Shown: positions 24,659 through 36,480 of the stretch, piece after piece
How the letters are laid out: each line of letters opens with the position of its first letter
How positions within the stretch are numbered: position 1 is the stretch's first letter
Source: Takakia lepidozioides
Taxonomy: Eukaryota; Plantae; Bryophyta
Assembly (NCBI GenBank): GCA_030704615.1
Contig: CM060734.1
Span: 55,676,001 to 55,740,000 of the forward strand
Direction: 5' to 3'
Length of the DNA stretch: 64,000 bases
Notes under the pieces: model-generated
What the model was told of the DNA's origin: nothing
What the model saw: the letters and a program-made list of their open reading frames with translations, nothing else
The model's database searches: none
Program-made: the position numbers and the translations under genes

Positions 24659-27600
24659 TCACATTAGAATGCGAAGCAACCCGAGACCAACAGCAGAGAC
24701 TGATACAATGGTACCTGCACCAAACTCAAGTCATACACCAAAGATCATCAATGAACACCTAGGCATTGCCACACGAAGTCATGAGATAAGCTATGTATAG
24801 CATGTGCATGAAGATGCTTGAGTTGATGATGCCGAGGCCAGCTATCTTAGCCCCTAAAGAAAGGCTGATAGCATCTTCACAACAAACACATCCAAAATCA
24901 AAACACACCAAGACTTAACTGCTTTCTTGTTAAGATACAGCCAGTAGGCAGAGAAACAAGGTTGTTTAAGCAGCCTACAAGCTGAAAATATCTGATCCCC
25001 ATGGCAAAATCCTTGCAAACACAGCTGACAGATCGTTTCAGTGGAGGCTTAGATATTCTTATCCAAGCAGTTAGGGATGCAACAACGCACCAGGGAGTTT
25101 TGCAGCAAAAAAAGGAGACCACCCATGAACAACCATTGAAGACTGGTGGAATGTGCTGGTTGGAGATCTGTTCATTGGTCCTTTCTTGATCTATAGCATC
25201 CTCTGAACTGTGCACAATCTCTCACAAATACCCTTACTTATTTCTACGAAGACTTCCTGAACCGGCCAATCAAACTTGTAAGAAGGGATAGGATACAGAG
25301 CCAAAGTCTTGCCGAACCAGGCTTGAATCAGAAGGCTTACCTAGGCAATACCTGATCACATCATACTTAGCCACCTCAAGTTGTGTTTCCATAGTGTGAA
25401 TTTCCTGTTCATCCATGCCAAAGAAGAGACCTCCTTAACTCCAACAGATCATGCATCCAGATAGCAATTACGTCCACAATCCTTGAGATCCCAGCAGCTA
25501 CAAGCACATAAGCTTGAAAATAAACTTCAGGATTTTCAGGCGATATATCTAATGCACATGGATTGCATCATCTGCAAGAGGGCCCCAAGCCCCAGGGGGA
25601 GAACATGAACACAAAATCGGCAAACCTTACCCTATCCAATTTGTTAGTTAGGTCTGCTGTCTCTGTACTCTGAGTAACTAGCTCCTCCCTGATGCGGCTG
25701 CAAGGATAGCAAAACACCATTCAAACATAGCTGAGCATCCACTTCAAAGCGGAAGTTCGGCAATCTTAAAGGAACACTTCAAAATCTTATCCATGCTTAA
25801 CTACTATGCATCTCGCAATCTAACTCTCCCTAAAGATGCTTACATAAATATGGTAGGCTGTCTCTGGGAGCACTTTTAGAATTGGCATCCCACAGGTTCC
25901 AGAATCCGAGTATGAATGTTTATATCCTATATTAACCAAAAAATTCGATCTACACCTCAAGAGGTCAGTTGATTGTAGTACACATTTTCGTATGACATAG
26001 TTGGCACTCTAAACACCATTTCATGCTCAACCTTGAAGTGTTTGCAGTGAAAGTCAACAGAACCCATCATTGTAGTGCTCTCCATTTGCGACATTTGCAG
26101 ATCAGCCAGCAAAAGATCAACAGGGAGACAAGTACCTACCCCCTTTCAAGATTCAAGTCAAGTCGTTGCCCTGATGTTACTTTGTCAATTTCATATCTGC
26201 ACCCATTTATAATGCTGCCATTGACCTTAAATGTTACAGGTACTTCCAGCAGAGATGGGCACAACAAACACTTGCTAAAACCACCATGGAAGCAAGCACA
26301 CTACATATACATACACATATATATTGCTACACATACCTGAGTTCACTACGCATCTTGTCAATGTCAGTCCGAAGCCTCTCTGTCTCCTGCTGCAAGGTGG
26401 TGAAATGATGTTCCTTTGCGACAAGCAGTACACAGTGTCATAAGAATGCTGAGGTCTTTTGGGTTACACCTCCTCAATGCATCTGAGCATGGAGAAGCAT
26501 GCACTACTGGAGTGCCACAAAATAGGGGTTGAGGCTGACACCTGCCTGCCATTTGCTAAAACTCAGTCAATGCCCTGTGCCTGTAGACAAACCTAAGTAC
26601 ATCTTCAGCAGGGGAGAAAAAGGATTGGACGGGAAAATAGCGCAAGTCCGTTTCAACCCAGGACAAAACGAAGTCAGAAAGCAGTGGTACAACTTAAGAC
26701 TGAAGGAGAAGCACCGTAAAACGATACACGTGACTTCAAGGACAAAAGCTATGGATAGAGGGGGGATACCTGGGTGCTCTGCATTTCCCCCTTGAACTTG
26801 GATAGAGCAGCATCCGCCATCATCTCACCCTGTCCCAAGAAAATAGCAAAACAAGAATAAGGAGTCCTGAAAGTCAAAAGGTGAGGATGATTGGAAAGAC
26901 CTAAAAAAACTGAAGATATGTTGATAGGGAAAATTGATGCATTCTCCATGTTCGTCGATGTTACATTACACACCATCATAAGTGACCTGACAGTCTGCCC
27001 TCCAGGAACAGCTCTAAGGATGGTTCTAAAGCGTGAGCTACAAATTTAGTTTAAAGAGACAAGCTGTAAAGCACCTATGACCATGATTGCAATCACAAAC
27101 CTAGAAACTTGGAACATACTCTCTGCATGTCAGTCTTGGAGGTGAAAGACTGAGCCACATTTTCCAGGCTGTCACTGAGAACCTCAGTTATGACTGCCGT
27201 GATGCCTTCTGCCTGCTCTTCAGTCAAGCCATGGGATTCTAGCCTCCGAACCTGCCATCCCAGCCCTTCTGGTCAGCCCCCGGTTACACATGCTTCCGTG
27301 TTGTCTAGAGACAGAAGGAGGGCAACCTGTTGTGCAAAGGCAAAGTTAGGGATTGTAAGTCTGAAAAATTCAGAATTGAAAACAGGAGAACGAAAATAAT
27401 GTACCAGAGCTAGAGTATCCACAAGGAATGCCCTATGGCCACTTGTAGGCACAAGCTGTGATATGTTCCGCATGTAGAATCCCCTCACTGCAGCATAGTT
27501 CCATGCCATTGGTGACGCAAATCCAACCGAGTGGACCGCAAATGGCCGCTGATCTTGCAAAACCAGCCAGTAATGGGGTAGAGAAGCCAACGCTACCGGT

Positions 27601-27728
27601 AACCTCAACTTCGTGTCCGTCGTAACAAGGTCAACTGCGATAGAGCATGTACGTGTGGAAGCGAGCCCATACAAACCCGGCAGCTGTGCCCCCTGGTGTT
27701 GAACAGCCCTTCTCATGCCAGCAGCCAT
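24659..27728 (-). CDS. FMP32: DUF1640 / CCDC90-MCUR1-like mitochondrial coiled-coil protein (FMP32-like), 8 exons
   Basis: Exons 27728-27405 (presequence-like...AFLVDTLAL), 27251-27120 (VRRLESHGLTEEQAEGIT), 26829-26770, 26413-26337 (EHHFTTLQQETERLRTDIDKMRSEL), 26196-26140 (GQRLDLNLERG), 25697-25631, 25404-25341 (AKYDVIRYCL) and 24714-24659 (TM segment, LRILM*). Confidence 0.9.
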
Positions 27729-28479
27729 GGCTCAACACCAAAAGTCAAAGAAAAATCTTGTATCAGAATCCAGATTGGAAACCTTTCGCCTTCGTACGCA
27801 GGAGCGAAGTGGCAACGAGGAAAAATCTTACACCGAAGGCGCCACTACATGTATCAGGTCAAGGGGAGACACATGCTACACAAAACAGTCTCCAAATGGA
27901 CATTCAGACCAGCAGCGCCACAAGGGCTGCCACAAGCTCCTCGCAACAATGGCATGTGCTTTTAAGACAAGCCGGAGCAATTTCCCAGAACCTTGGGAGA
28001 ATTTTCGTCTGATCTAAATACCACACACTTTACTCTCTCTCCGCTACTACCACTGCCATGATTTGACCTCCGAGATAATCGTTGTTGCACACATCCACTC
28101 TGACAGAGATTGCTGCATACTGCGACTACAAGAGAGACACAGAGACAGAACTCAGCACCCCACGCAGCCCACGAGTCTCTTCTCGAACAGACACCGATCG
28201 CATGGCATCACACACACAAATCACACACACAAATCGTCTCGGAAGGATCGCGTGCTGGCTTGTTGAGAAATGCGAGAGAGACGCAATCCAGACACCCACA
28301 GCACCGTGTGCCAAGCCTGTGCCCCTGCCACCTGGATGCGTGGATCGTAGTGGATGATCATGGATGAATGTTCGTTGCATCACCGATCGCAAGGCGTGGA
28401 TCCAAACAATCCTTATGGATGAAAGTTTTTGCTTCCTTTGAATTGGTCTAAGGTTAGCCAATTATCTGGTATCATATGT

Positions 28480-29255
28480 AACACGTGAGTTATAGTATTA
28501 AGTACTGACCAATAAAAATAATGATAACAAGATGTAAACCGCGAGAGGCTCTGTCCATTGGAGCAAAAGAGAGGGGAGGTTAAATGAAAGGGGATGATAT
28601 TTGTGTTGATACAAAAATAGGAATATTGTTTGGAAGCTTGTAGGCAATGATGTATATTGGTTTGAGATAGTGGGTCTAATATGCTTCCGTGGTACCAGAT
28701 TTGGAATCTTTCTTGTAACACATTTGCCCAGATGTGGTCTAAATGTGATCCACTCTTTGTCGTGCTCATTTGCAATTGTGAATGAAGTTTATACCTATTC
28801 ATAAAGTTGTGTAGGTGTGAGTTTAGAAAGTTATTCTCATTGTTATGTAATAAATCAATATTGAAGTCTCCCAATATTATTGTTGGGCAATGAGGGGGGC
28901 CTTCAAAATGAAAGTTTCAAAATATTTTAAAAATAGTTTTGTGTCAGTGGAGTGTGATCTATATATAGATATGGCATATATTGCTTTATGTACTTGAAAG
29001 TGGCGGCAACATATACTGGACCTGTATATGTTAATGTTTCTGAATAATTAAGCGTCATGCTTTTTGTGTATAACATGAGAGTGCCATGACCATCTTAAGC
29101 TCCGATATTATTAAATTTTGCTGTATCTACATATTGTTGTAATACATATGTTGAGCGATGAACTCTTGTTTCACTAAGGCAAAGAATGTGAGATAATTGT
29201 AATTGTGGTCAGCGTTGATGTCTTTTGTGATGTTGACAATGTCTAGTTTTGTCAT
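28480..29255 (-). pseudogene. Degenerate APE-type endonuclease, probably from a Helentron Rep-Hel-EN ORF
   Basis: GDFNIDLL and TTKSGSHLDHIWAN motifs with stops and frameshifts; AT-rich; abuts Helitron-family sequence. Confidence 0.65.
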
Positions 29256-29316
29256 GTAAGATGTAGAACAAGCGGCTAGTCACTCCTAAAAGTCTAAGTA
29301 GAAAATTTCCTGAAAA

Positions 29317-30150
29317 TCAATCTATGAAGCAAGACGTTTGTTTTGTTTTGTTTTGTTTTGTTTTGTCACGTTCCCAAACCGCGAGGCCCCGGCGCTGGTG
29401 CTTGGTACCGTTGGAAAGCCCTCGAGGAGGAGGGGTGCACCGGCTTGGTCTCATGATTTTTGGACCTGCGGTGTGGGAGATACGAAATTCCAAGTACTTT
29501 TGGTCGCTGGAAATTCACGAAAAATAGCAAAAATGGCAAAGTGGGCAGTCCTGGGACATTGGTTGGAGCCTCAACCTAGAGATATCAAGGGAAAGGTCTC
29601 CGGTTCAAATCTGGTCGTAGGCTCTGTGGAAAAAAACTTACTTGGATGACATTGGACACTTGGGCCAACGGCAAAGGCTACCCTAGAGGTTGCATTTGGG
29701 CCTCGACATAGGAGACGCACTTTGATATACCAATTGCACTTGGACGTTAGATGACATTGGACACTTGGGCCAACGGCAAAGGCTACCCTAGAGGTTGCAT
29801 TTGGGCCTCGACGCACTTTGATACACCGATTGCACTTGGACGTTAGATGACATTGGACACTTGGGCCAACGGCACAAGCTACCCTAGAGACAGATACATA
29901 GAAGATTGCATTTGGGCTTAAATTAATGGCCTCGACATAGAGACGCACTTGCCTACATAGGAAATTGCACTTGGTCTTAGATTTCACACATAAGCCAAAG
30001 GCGACGTAGGCTACACTCGAGGTCGCACTTGTGCCTCAACACAGGAGATGCACTTACATATGAAATTGTACTTGGTCTTAGATTTCAATTCTTCACACAC
30101 ATGGGCCAAAGGCACATGCTACCCTAAAGGTCGCACTTGGGCCTCGACAT
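29317..30150 (+). mobile_element. Non-autonomous Helitron copy with a tandem array of terminator-containing units
   Basis: Starts A|TCAATCTATGAAGC, the same 5' end as the 38786 copy. 29640-30150 is built from ~100-bp units containing GGGCCAACGGCA..GCTACCCTAG. Confidence 0.75.
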
Positions 30151-30239
30151 ACACTTTCAAGTACCCATTGACCTTACTTGTGCAAAAAAATGACCCTAAG
30201 GGCAAGGCCAAGGAGGGTAAGAAAGAACAAGTGCCGGTG

Positions 30240-32700
30240 CTTATGGATGGCACACAAATAATTAATGCCTTTAATATGTCCCTGTAAGTCAATACAAGCG
30301 TGCATTGCAATTGGGATGCAAGTAGCTTGGATCTATTTGTTGAAAACAATCCTGATTTCTTCACTATCACATTCCCGAAGGTCAAGGTCGCAGATATGCA
30401 ACTTTACTACAAGAAGAAGAAGTGATGGTGACAGCCACTATGTATGTATAGTAGATAATGGTTTGATAGGAGAATCATTAATTAATCGACTTCCTTTGTT
30501 GCAGAGCATTTTTGTTAGTTTTTTTTAAACCTCGTCTTGCTTTTCAAAGCTCCTATATATGATCTGATAGGTTATAGACGAGAATTCGAAACCACATTGT
30601 AACCCAACACTTGTGTAAATATTACTCTTGTGTATTCAACGTGATCTACTGACTGTGAGTATTGTTTGGGATATTTTCTGAGTCTGCTTTTATCATAGTG
30701 CCAAGCTTATGGATATGTGAATTGTTGACCATGGGAGGAGGTGTTGTCTTGCCTTTGCATCTCTTTGCATTATGAAATTGCAAGCAATGAGTGCTCAGCT
30801 GGACCCTTACTCAAGGCTTGAAGAGACTTCGTGTCGTTGACAGAAAGGGTTATGGGAATCAACTTCAATGTTGTCATGTTGACCTTGGTGAATGAACAAG
30901 AGTCCTGTGTGCTCCGAAGTTTTAAAGTTATGGAGATGAATCTACATGCATTTGGGATTCATTTTTTTTTCTATCAAATTCTTCATATTTGATAGGTATC
31001 ATGGAGTTCTAAAATTAACAGAATGTGTACATCACGTAAACAAATGTTTGTTGTTGTTGATATTTGAAAACATGCATCAATAGGTGAGCGATGGCGGTCG
31101 ATTTGGTTTGAGTCCATTAAACTAATGTAAGCTGTATGGGGCATAGCGGATACGTGAAGTTTAATGTTGGAGATCATTGCCGCCTGCGAGGCTGATGCTA
31201 TGTCAGCTTCAAAGGAAGAGAAAGCTGGGTCCATACTCTCAAGGAGTAAGTTATACCATGTTTAAGTGAGAGCTTCTCGAATCTGCACAAAACAACTTCT
31301 TTGTCTGTAAATTTGACCTTCACAAGCCAAGGCTTCTGGGTTTTCGTGTGTTTAGTTTCTTCAGTAAAAAAAACAACCTCTCATAGTGACCATACCTTAG
31401 GAGCAGTTCTGACAAATATTAATTCTGAAAATTATAATTGTCAATGTTTTGGGGATATTGGTAACATTCTTATTCTTAAGCAAACTTCTATATCGACGAG
31501 GGGGGCTACCATGACCCACCAATAAAAGTGCCTCCAAGTTCTTCTTCATTCATGCAAATCTTCTCCAGACATTTTTAACTCACAACTCGTCTACTGCCTA
31601 ATGTGTCGTAAAACTTGCGCTGCAGATACGTATCCCAGCTTTGTCCTGCAGGTCCGATGTGGGATGTTGTGTGGGCTCGTGAGCTCCCAATCTTTGTATA
31701 CAAGTGAACACAAACGTTAAAAGACAACATTTACCTTCAGCAATCAGGTCCAGTGATGTGCAATATCGAAAGTGTACATGCGGGGACTGTGATAAGTTTT
31801 ATTTCTCTTGATGATTCCTCTTGCAGATGGTACAACCAATTTTTGTCATTCCCCTCTCCGCCCTCACATTCAATCGCCCTCAAAACTCATAGACATGATG
31901 TAGATACTCGAACTATATCATGTACAAAGAACATCATACCTTCAGAAGAAACCATCTAGTCCTTCCCTCTCTACATATGTCAATAATTTGAGGAGAAAGA
32001 TAACCTGATACATAAGCTAATTGCATAGCTTGTGTCCTCCTAATCAATTGCTTTTATCTTGGTTCTGCCGCAAGTAAGCTAAGAGCTACGTTGTTGACGA
32101 GCTTCTTCCGTGCTGCCCCCAAGAGATTTCTCTTTTGGAGCAAGATGGATGTCCCTAAGTATGGCCGAGCCTTCAGCAACAAGAGTCTCAGTCTCAGATT
32201 TTCTTCAGATGTCGATTATACACAAATAATATTGCAACGCCTCACGTTAGATGTTTGGCGCTCAGGGCGTTGGATCTATTTCAATTGATTGCGTTATTTG
32301 TCTTTGACATTTTTCTCACTCTTCAAGTCTGAGGGGTTGTCTATTTTTTGTCTATCTTACTCATAGCCAACGATAGGTTGAGTTCCATTTCACGAATTGC
32401 TTGCGTCAGCTCTTTTGTGAATGAACCCTTGCGGCATACGAACCGGTTCCAACTCTGGAGCTTATCTGTCAATCTGACTCTCCACTTCGAAGATGACTGA
32501 GGCCGGCTGCAACCCAAATTAACTGCATGAGTTTGTTGCTAAAACAAATATGAAACAAACTAATTGAACTTGCAGACAGAGAAACACATTGATTGAAGTT
32601 TCAAAGCTTACTTACAATATGACACGAACTGTAGTGCGGGAGAGTGACTTCATAGCCTTGATGGCCTCCGGAGTCAGGCTCATTGCCTTACTCTCTACGA
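30240..32700 (-). pseudogene. Heavily decayed coding relic, possibly NB-ARC/NLR-like
   Basis: Only faint, frameshifted motif echoes, in NB-ARC order: EGGEG (~31870), RRVV..KNVW (~31575), LIPITLSV (~30850), YRDILKAL (~30275). Confidence 0.22.
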
Positions 32701-32733
32701 TTGACATCACAACCGATTTGGGCGGTTATAAAT

Positions 32734-33377
32734 GCCTCTCATTGTTTAATAATAGGGTCATGAATGCACGGGTGGGCCCCGCCAGTACGACCCTTGGGGT
32801 GAGCTCGTAAGCCCACCGCCCATTCACCGGGTCGGCGAGATTCTGAAATTTCTCTAAGTCCTTGTTAATCTACCGTGGCGGACCTTCTAGCGGACTGGGC
32901 AGACCCTCCAACAGACCGACTCCAACCTTCTAGCAGACCCTTCGGCACTCCGGCAGACCGACAAGTGGACTGGCACCTCTCCAGGGGCAGACCCCCCTCC
33001 AGCAGACCGGCAGACCCTTCGACAAAATATATATTTAATAACACACATTACTACCACAGTAGTAACATAACAAGATTTGAATACCATACCTTGTGTTTAT
33101 CATTCATTGCTCTTAACCACCACACTACCATCCACTTTCTACAAACCCTTGCAATAACTAATGTTTTATGTGCATATTGTGGGCCCCAACAGACTAGCTC
33201 ATGCGTTTTGTGGGCCGCAGACCAGCTTGCCGAGCAGACCCAGCAAGCAGACTGGCGGGGATTGGCGGGGTCCGGGTAGGGGCGCTCTCACCCTCCGCGA
33301 CCCCCTCTACCACACGCGGCCCCCGCCGCAGCCACACGTGCGGGCATTCATGACCCTATTATTGTTAAATGAGAAGC
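32734..33377. mobile_element. Mutator-type MITE (644 bp)
   Basis: TIRs GCCTCTCATT..TAATAATAGGGTCATGAATGC / GCATTCATGACCCTATTATT..AATGAGAAGC; perfect 9-bp TSD GTTATAAAT at 32725-32733 and 33378-33386; internal GCAGACC motifs. Confidence 0.88.
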
Positions 33378-33399
33378 GTTATAAATATTGAAGGGTCTC

Positions 33400-33850
33400 A
33401 AAATGGTAATAGACAAATATCAGAGTGCATGAATAACTAATTCATTTTTACCACTTCATTTGTAAGATATGCAATCCCATAAACACATACGTAGAAAAAA
33501 AAACCAACATATTTTGTAGATTCCATTACCCTTTACCACCTATGCTTTCCACTCAAATTCTTGAACCACGTCAAGAAAATAAAATAAAATTACGTACTAG
33601 TTTACAAGCTCAAACTAATATATTTTTTAAAAACTACATGAAGTGAATATTGGTGAAGATATTACTTTCACTAAATTTTTACAATCTTTAATATTAGATG
33701 GAAACACCTACTGAACTACAAATATTTCTTGAACGTACTCCCAAAAATATACGAACAAATGCATTTCCCAAACATGCAGCACATCTATGGTGTGTAAACA
33801 CAGACATACAATATATTTTAGATCCATATGTTGTTGCCACTTTATTGGCT
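33400..33850 (+). pseudogene. Helitron/Helentron Rep-domain fragment
   Basis: Translates with frameshifts to HKH..RKK..CRFHYPLPPMLSTQILEP and IFLERTPKNIRTNAF...LWCVNTDIQYILDPY, typical of Helentron Rep segments. Confidence 0.75.
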
Positions 33851-34169
33851 CCTCCCTCAAGAGGAGACCACGCATCAATGTTGGAAAATTGGATGATCAT
33901 GATATACCTTCACTGGAAGACACCCAAACATAATAGATATACCTCCACTAGTTAACATTATTATTCATATTAATCAAATATAAATTTATTTATATTTTGT
34001 TATGAAATATATTCTTAATCGGTAACAGCCACCAGTAATGGCTAGAGACCTGTGAAAGCCGGTCGCTTCTTCTTCCTTGCTCTCTTGTTCGCAAAAGACT
34101 TGTCTGCCCCGGGGAATGTGGGCGTGGAGGAATAGGTGCGATTCATCCTCACAGGAAGGAGATTGCACG

Positions 34170-35600
34170 ATGAGGGCAATGGGAGGGAGCCTGAAATGGA
34201 CTGGGTCGAACAAGACGAACCTGGGGTGTATATCACCCTCACTGCATTGCCAGGGGGAGGCAAGGACCTCAAGCGGGTGCGATGCGGGTGCAATTCAGGT
34301 AACTGTAACCAAACAGACATTGTATGTGTATGGAGGCTTCCTCATGTTGAGCCCCACAAAGATTCGGACTTGTCCATGCAGGTTCTACAGACATGTTTGT
34401 CATATAGGTTGAATGGATATGCACACTTTCACCCCAAAGTCGGAGTAGGTTTCAGTATAGGAACCACCTCAATTTCCATATGACATTGCCCGGCATGGGA
34501 TCCAAATAGGAAGTTGTACAGGCAAACTACTCACTGTGCAGTGGGACCTATCTGTCATGTATGGAAGTCTGCAGCTTGATTGAAGGTGAACAGAGAAGTA
34601 ATATATATTTGTTTGAAGGTGATAACGTAGGTATTTGCTCTGTTGGAATAATTGTTTATTGGCCCATGCAGTGTGTGTAGGATGCTTCATGTTTGGAAGT
34701 TGGGACTAAATGCTGCTAACACAAGTGGGAGTCCTTCCTCTGAGGCAACAGAATTTGTAAAGAGGATCTTTGACTAGACTGTCCTTGGGTTAGATATTGG
34801 ACATCCTCTTCCGTATGGGGTTTGAGAGAAGAGGTCGAGAAAAAGTGAGCTTTCCATACTGAGAAGAGATCTCAGAATCTAGTTTGGAGATTTTTGTCAG
34901 GAGGAACAGTGATTACAATAGTGTGGCACCAGTGGAGGGCAGGTGTGCCTTCTCCATCATTTGTTGCCTTCCAGACATGCCATCCAGGCATATTGGGGTG
35001 GCCTCGCCTGACCCTGGGCTGAAAGGTTCAACAAGTTGTTTGTACACTGTGTATGTCCCTGTATAGTTTCCTAATCACATTGCATTGAGATTTGTTTCAG
35101 ACAGTTTGTTGCGGATTGCGGGGCAGTGGAAACCATCAGAGGGGAGACGAGGTTTATGGACAGGGTCATGACTGAGGAGGGACCTTGGAGGTGCAGAAAA
35201 ATGAGTGGCCTCAACTGAGTGACATTCAGCAAAGAATTTGCGAACACAATGCACCTCCTTGGCCATGTGGGCTGTGACATGGAGATCAATTACTTGCATA
35301 CTGAATTTAAGTGTTGGTGAAATCCAGCCTTGCTATTGCCAAAGACTTATCCTAAAACCTGATGCTCCGTGCTGGTGAGCTATATCTTTCCTACCAAGAG
35401 GAGTAAAGAAATTCATAGAGATGGGCTCCAAGAGACGTTGCCTGGACTGAATTGGGGATACGGGCTATGATAAAGGATGTAGTTTGATTTTGCACAGTGT
35501 TTTAGTGAGCAGGAGGCTGAGCAATGGTGGGTAGAACGTCAAGTGAGGGTACATGAGCAATACAATGTCCGTGGTGGGATTGATAGGATAAATAATCCGA
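34170..35600 (+). pseudogene. Orphan BRX-domain gene fragment (two terminal exons of a PRAF/RLD- or BRX-like gene)
   Basis: ~34190-34287 encodes EMDWVEQDEPGVYITLTALPGGGKDLKRVR; 35498 onward encodes FSEQEAEQWWVERQVRVHEQYNV. No upstream exons are visible and the conserved RFSRKRF junction is damaged. Confidence 0.75.
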
Positions 35601-36439
35601 CTGGGCCTTCGTCGGCAGCAGGGTTACCAGCAGCATCGAGGCCTGTGGAGGAAGGAATACCATTCTCTCTCTCCTCCCACATGCCTGGTACCTCCTGACC
35701 CCCACACCTTGCTTGTTTCAGCCCTTTGTAGTCTTAGTTTCCGTAAAAAATATGTAAAAAAGGTTGAGGCGGTTCATGTTAGTTCGAGTCCCTGGATTTT
35801 AAACAACATATTGGTTCTATTCGAGATGTGGGTTGGATAGATGTCAAGTGTAATACCCCTTGTCTGCGGTGGATTTTGTTTTGCCTGGTGGCTTCTCTTC
35901 AACATTGGCTGCCACTAGTTTCACCACCATATGAAAGACAAGAGATGCATCCTCTCAGAAGGAGAGGTTACTCTTTGACAACTTCCTCGGGGACATTCAC
36001 TTGCAGTAGCCTTTTGCCCATAGGCCTAAGATATGAAACCCTTGAAGATCCCTTATGGGGTTTCCATCAGTAGAATAGAGAAAAGAGGGAAGATGGCAGT
36101 GGCCAGATGTTCAAACCCAAAAGCGCATCAAGTATCTTCTCTGCTGGCGTTACATTCGAATCTGTTATAATGTTTACCACAACCTGGGCCTTGCATACAT
36201 GTGCCTCGTCTTTAGACCCAATAGTACCATTAATAAGCCTCAAACAGTCCGACAGCCACATATCCACTGCGGGCGAAATGGCGGCATCGATATTCTTTCA
36301 ATTTACGACCAAACATATGTCTGGTGAGTTCTCTTTGGGTTTGTGCATGGAGAAGCCTCCGCCCGCTCTCGGGCAGTCAAATTGCGCATGTGAATTCTGT
36401 GGGAGATTGATGGGAGAGTGATGGAAATCTCCAGACAGT

Positions 36440-36480
36440 TGTGAGGCCCTCACAAAGGTAGTGTCTGTTCCCTCTTGTAC
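36440..36480 (+). mobile_element. Tiny fragment of the LINE family 3' region
   Basis: GCCCTCACAAAGGTAGTGTCTGTTCCCTCTTGT nearly matches 48758-48792. Confidence 0.5.

Noticed and set aside
29640-30150. CRISPR-like array of GCACTTGGG repeats
   Set aside because: The intervening sequences are themselves repeated; explained as a Helitron subterminal tandem array.
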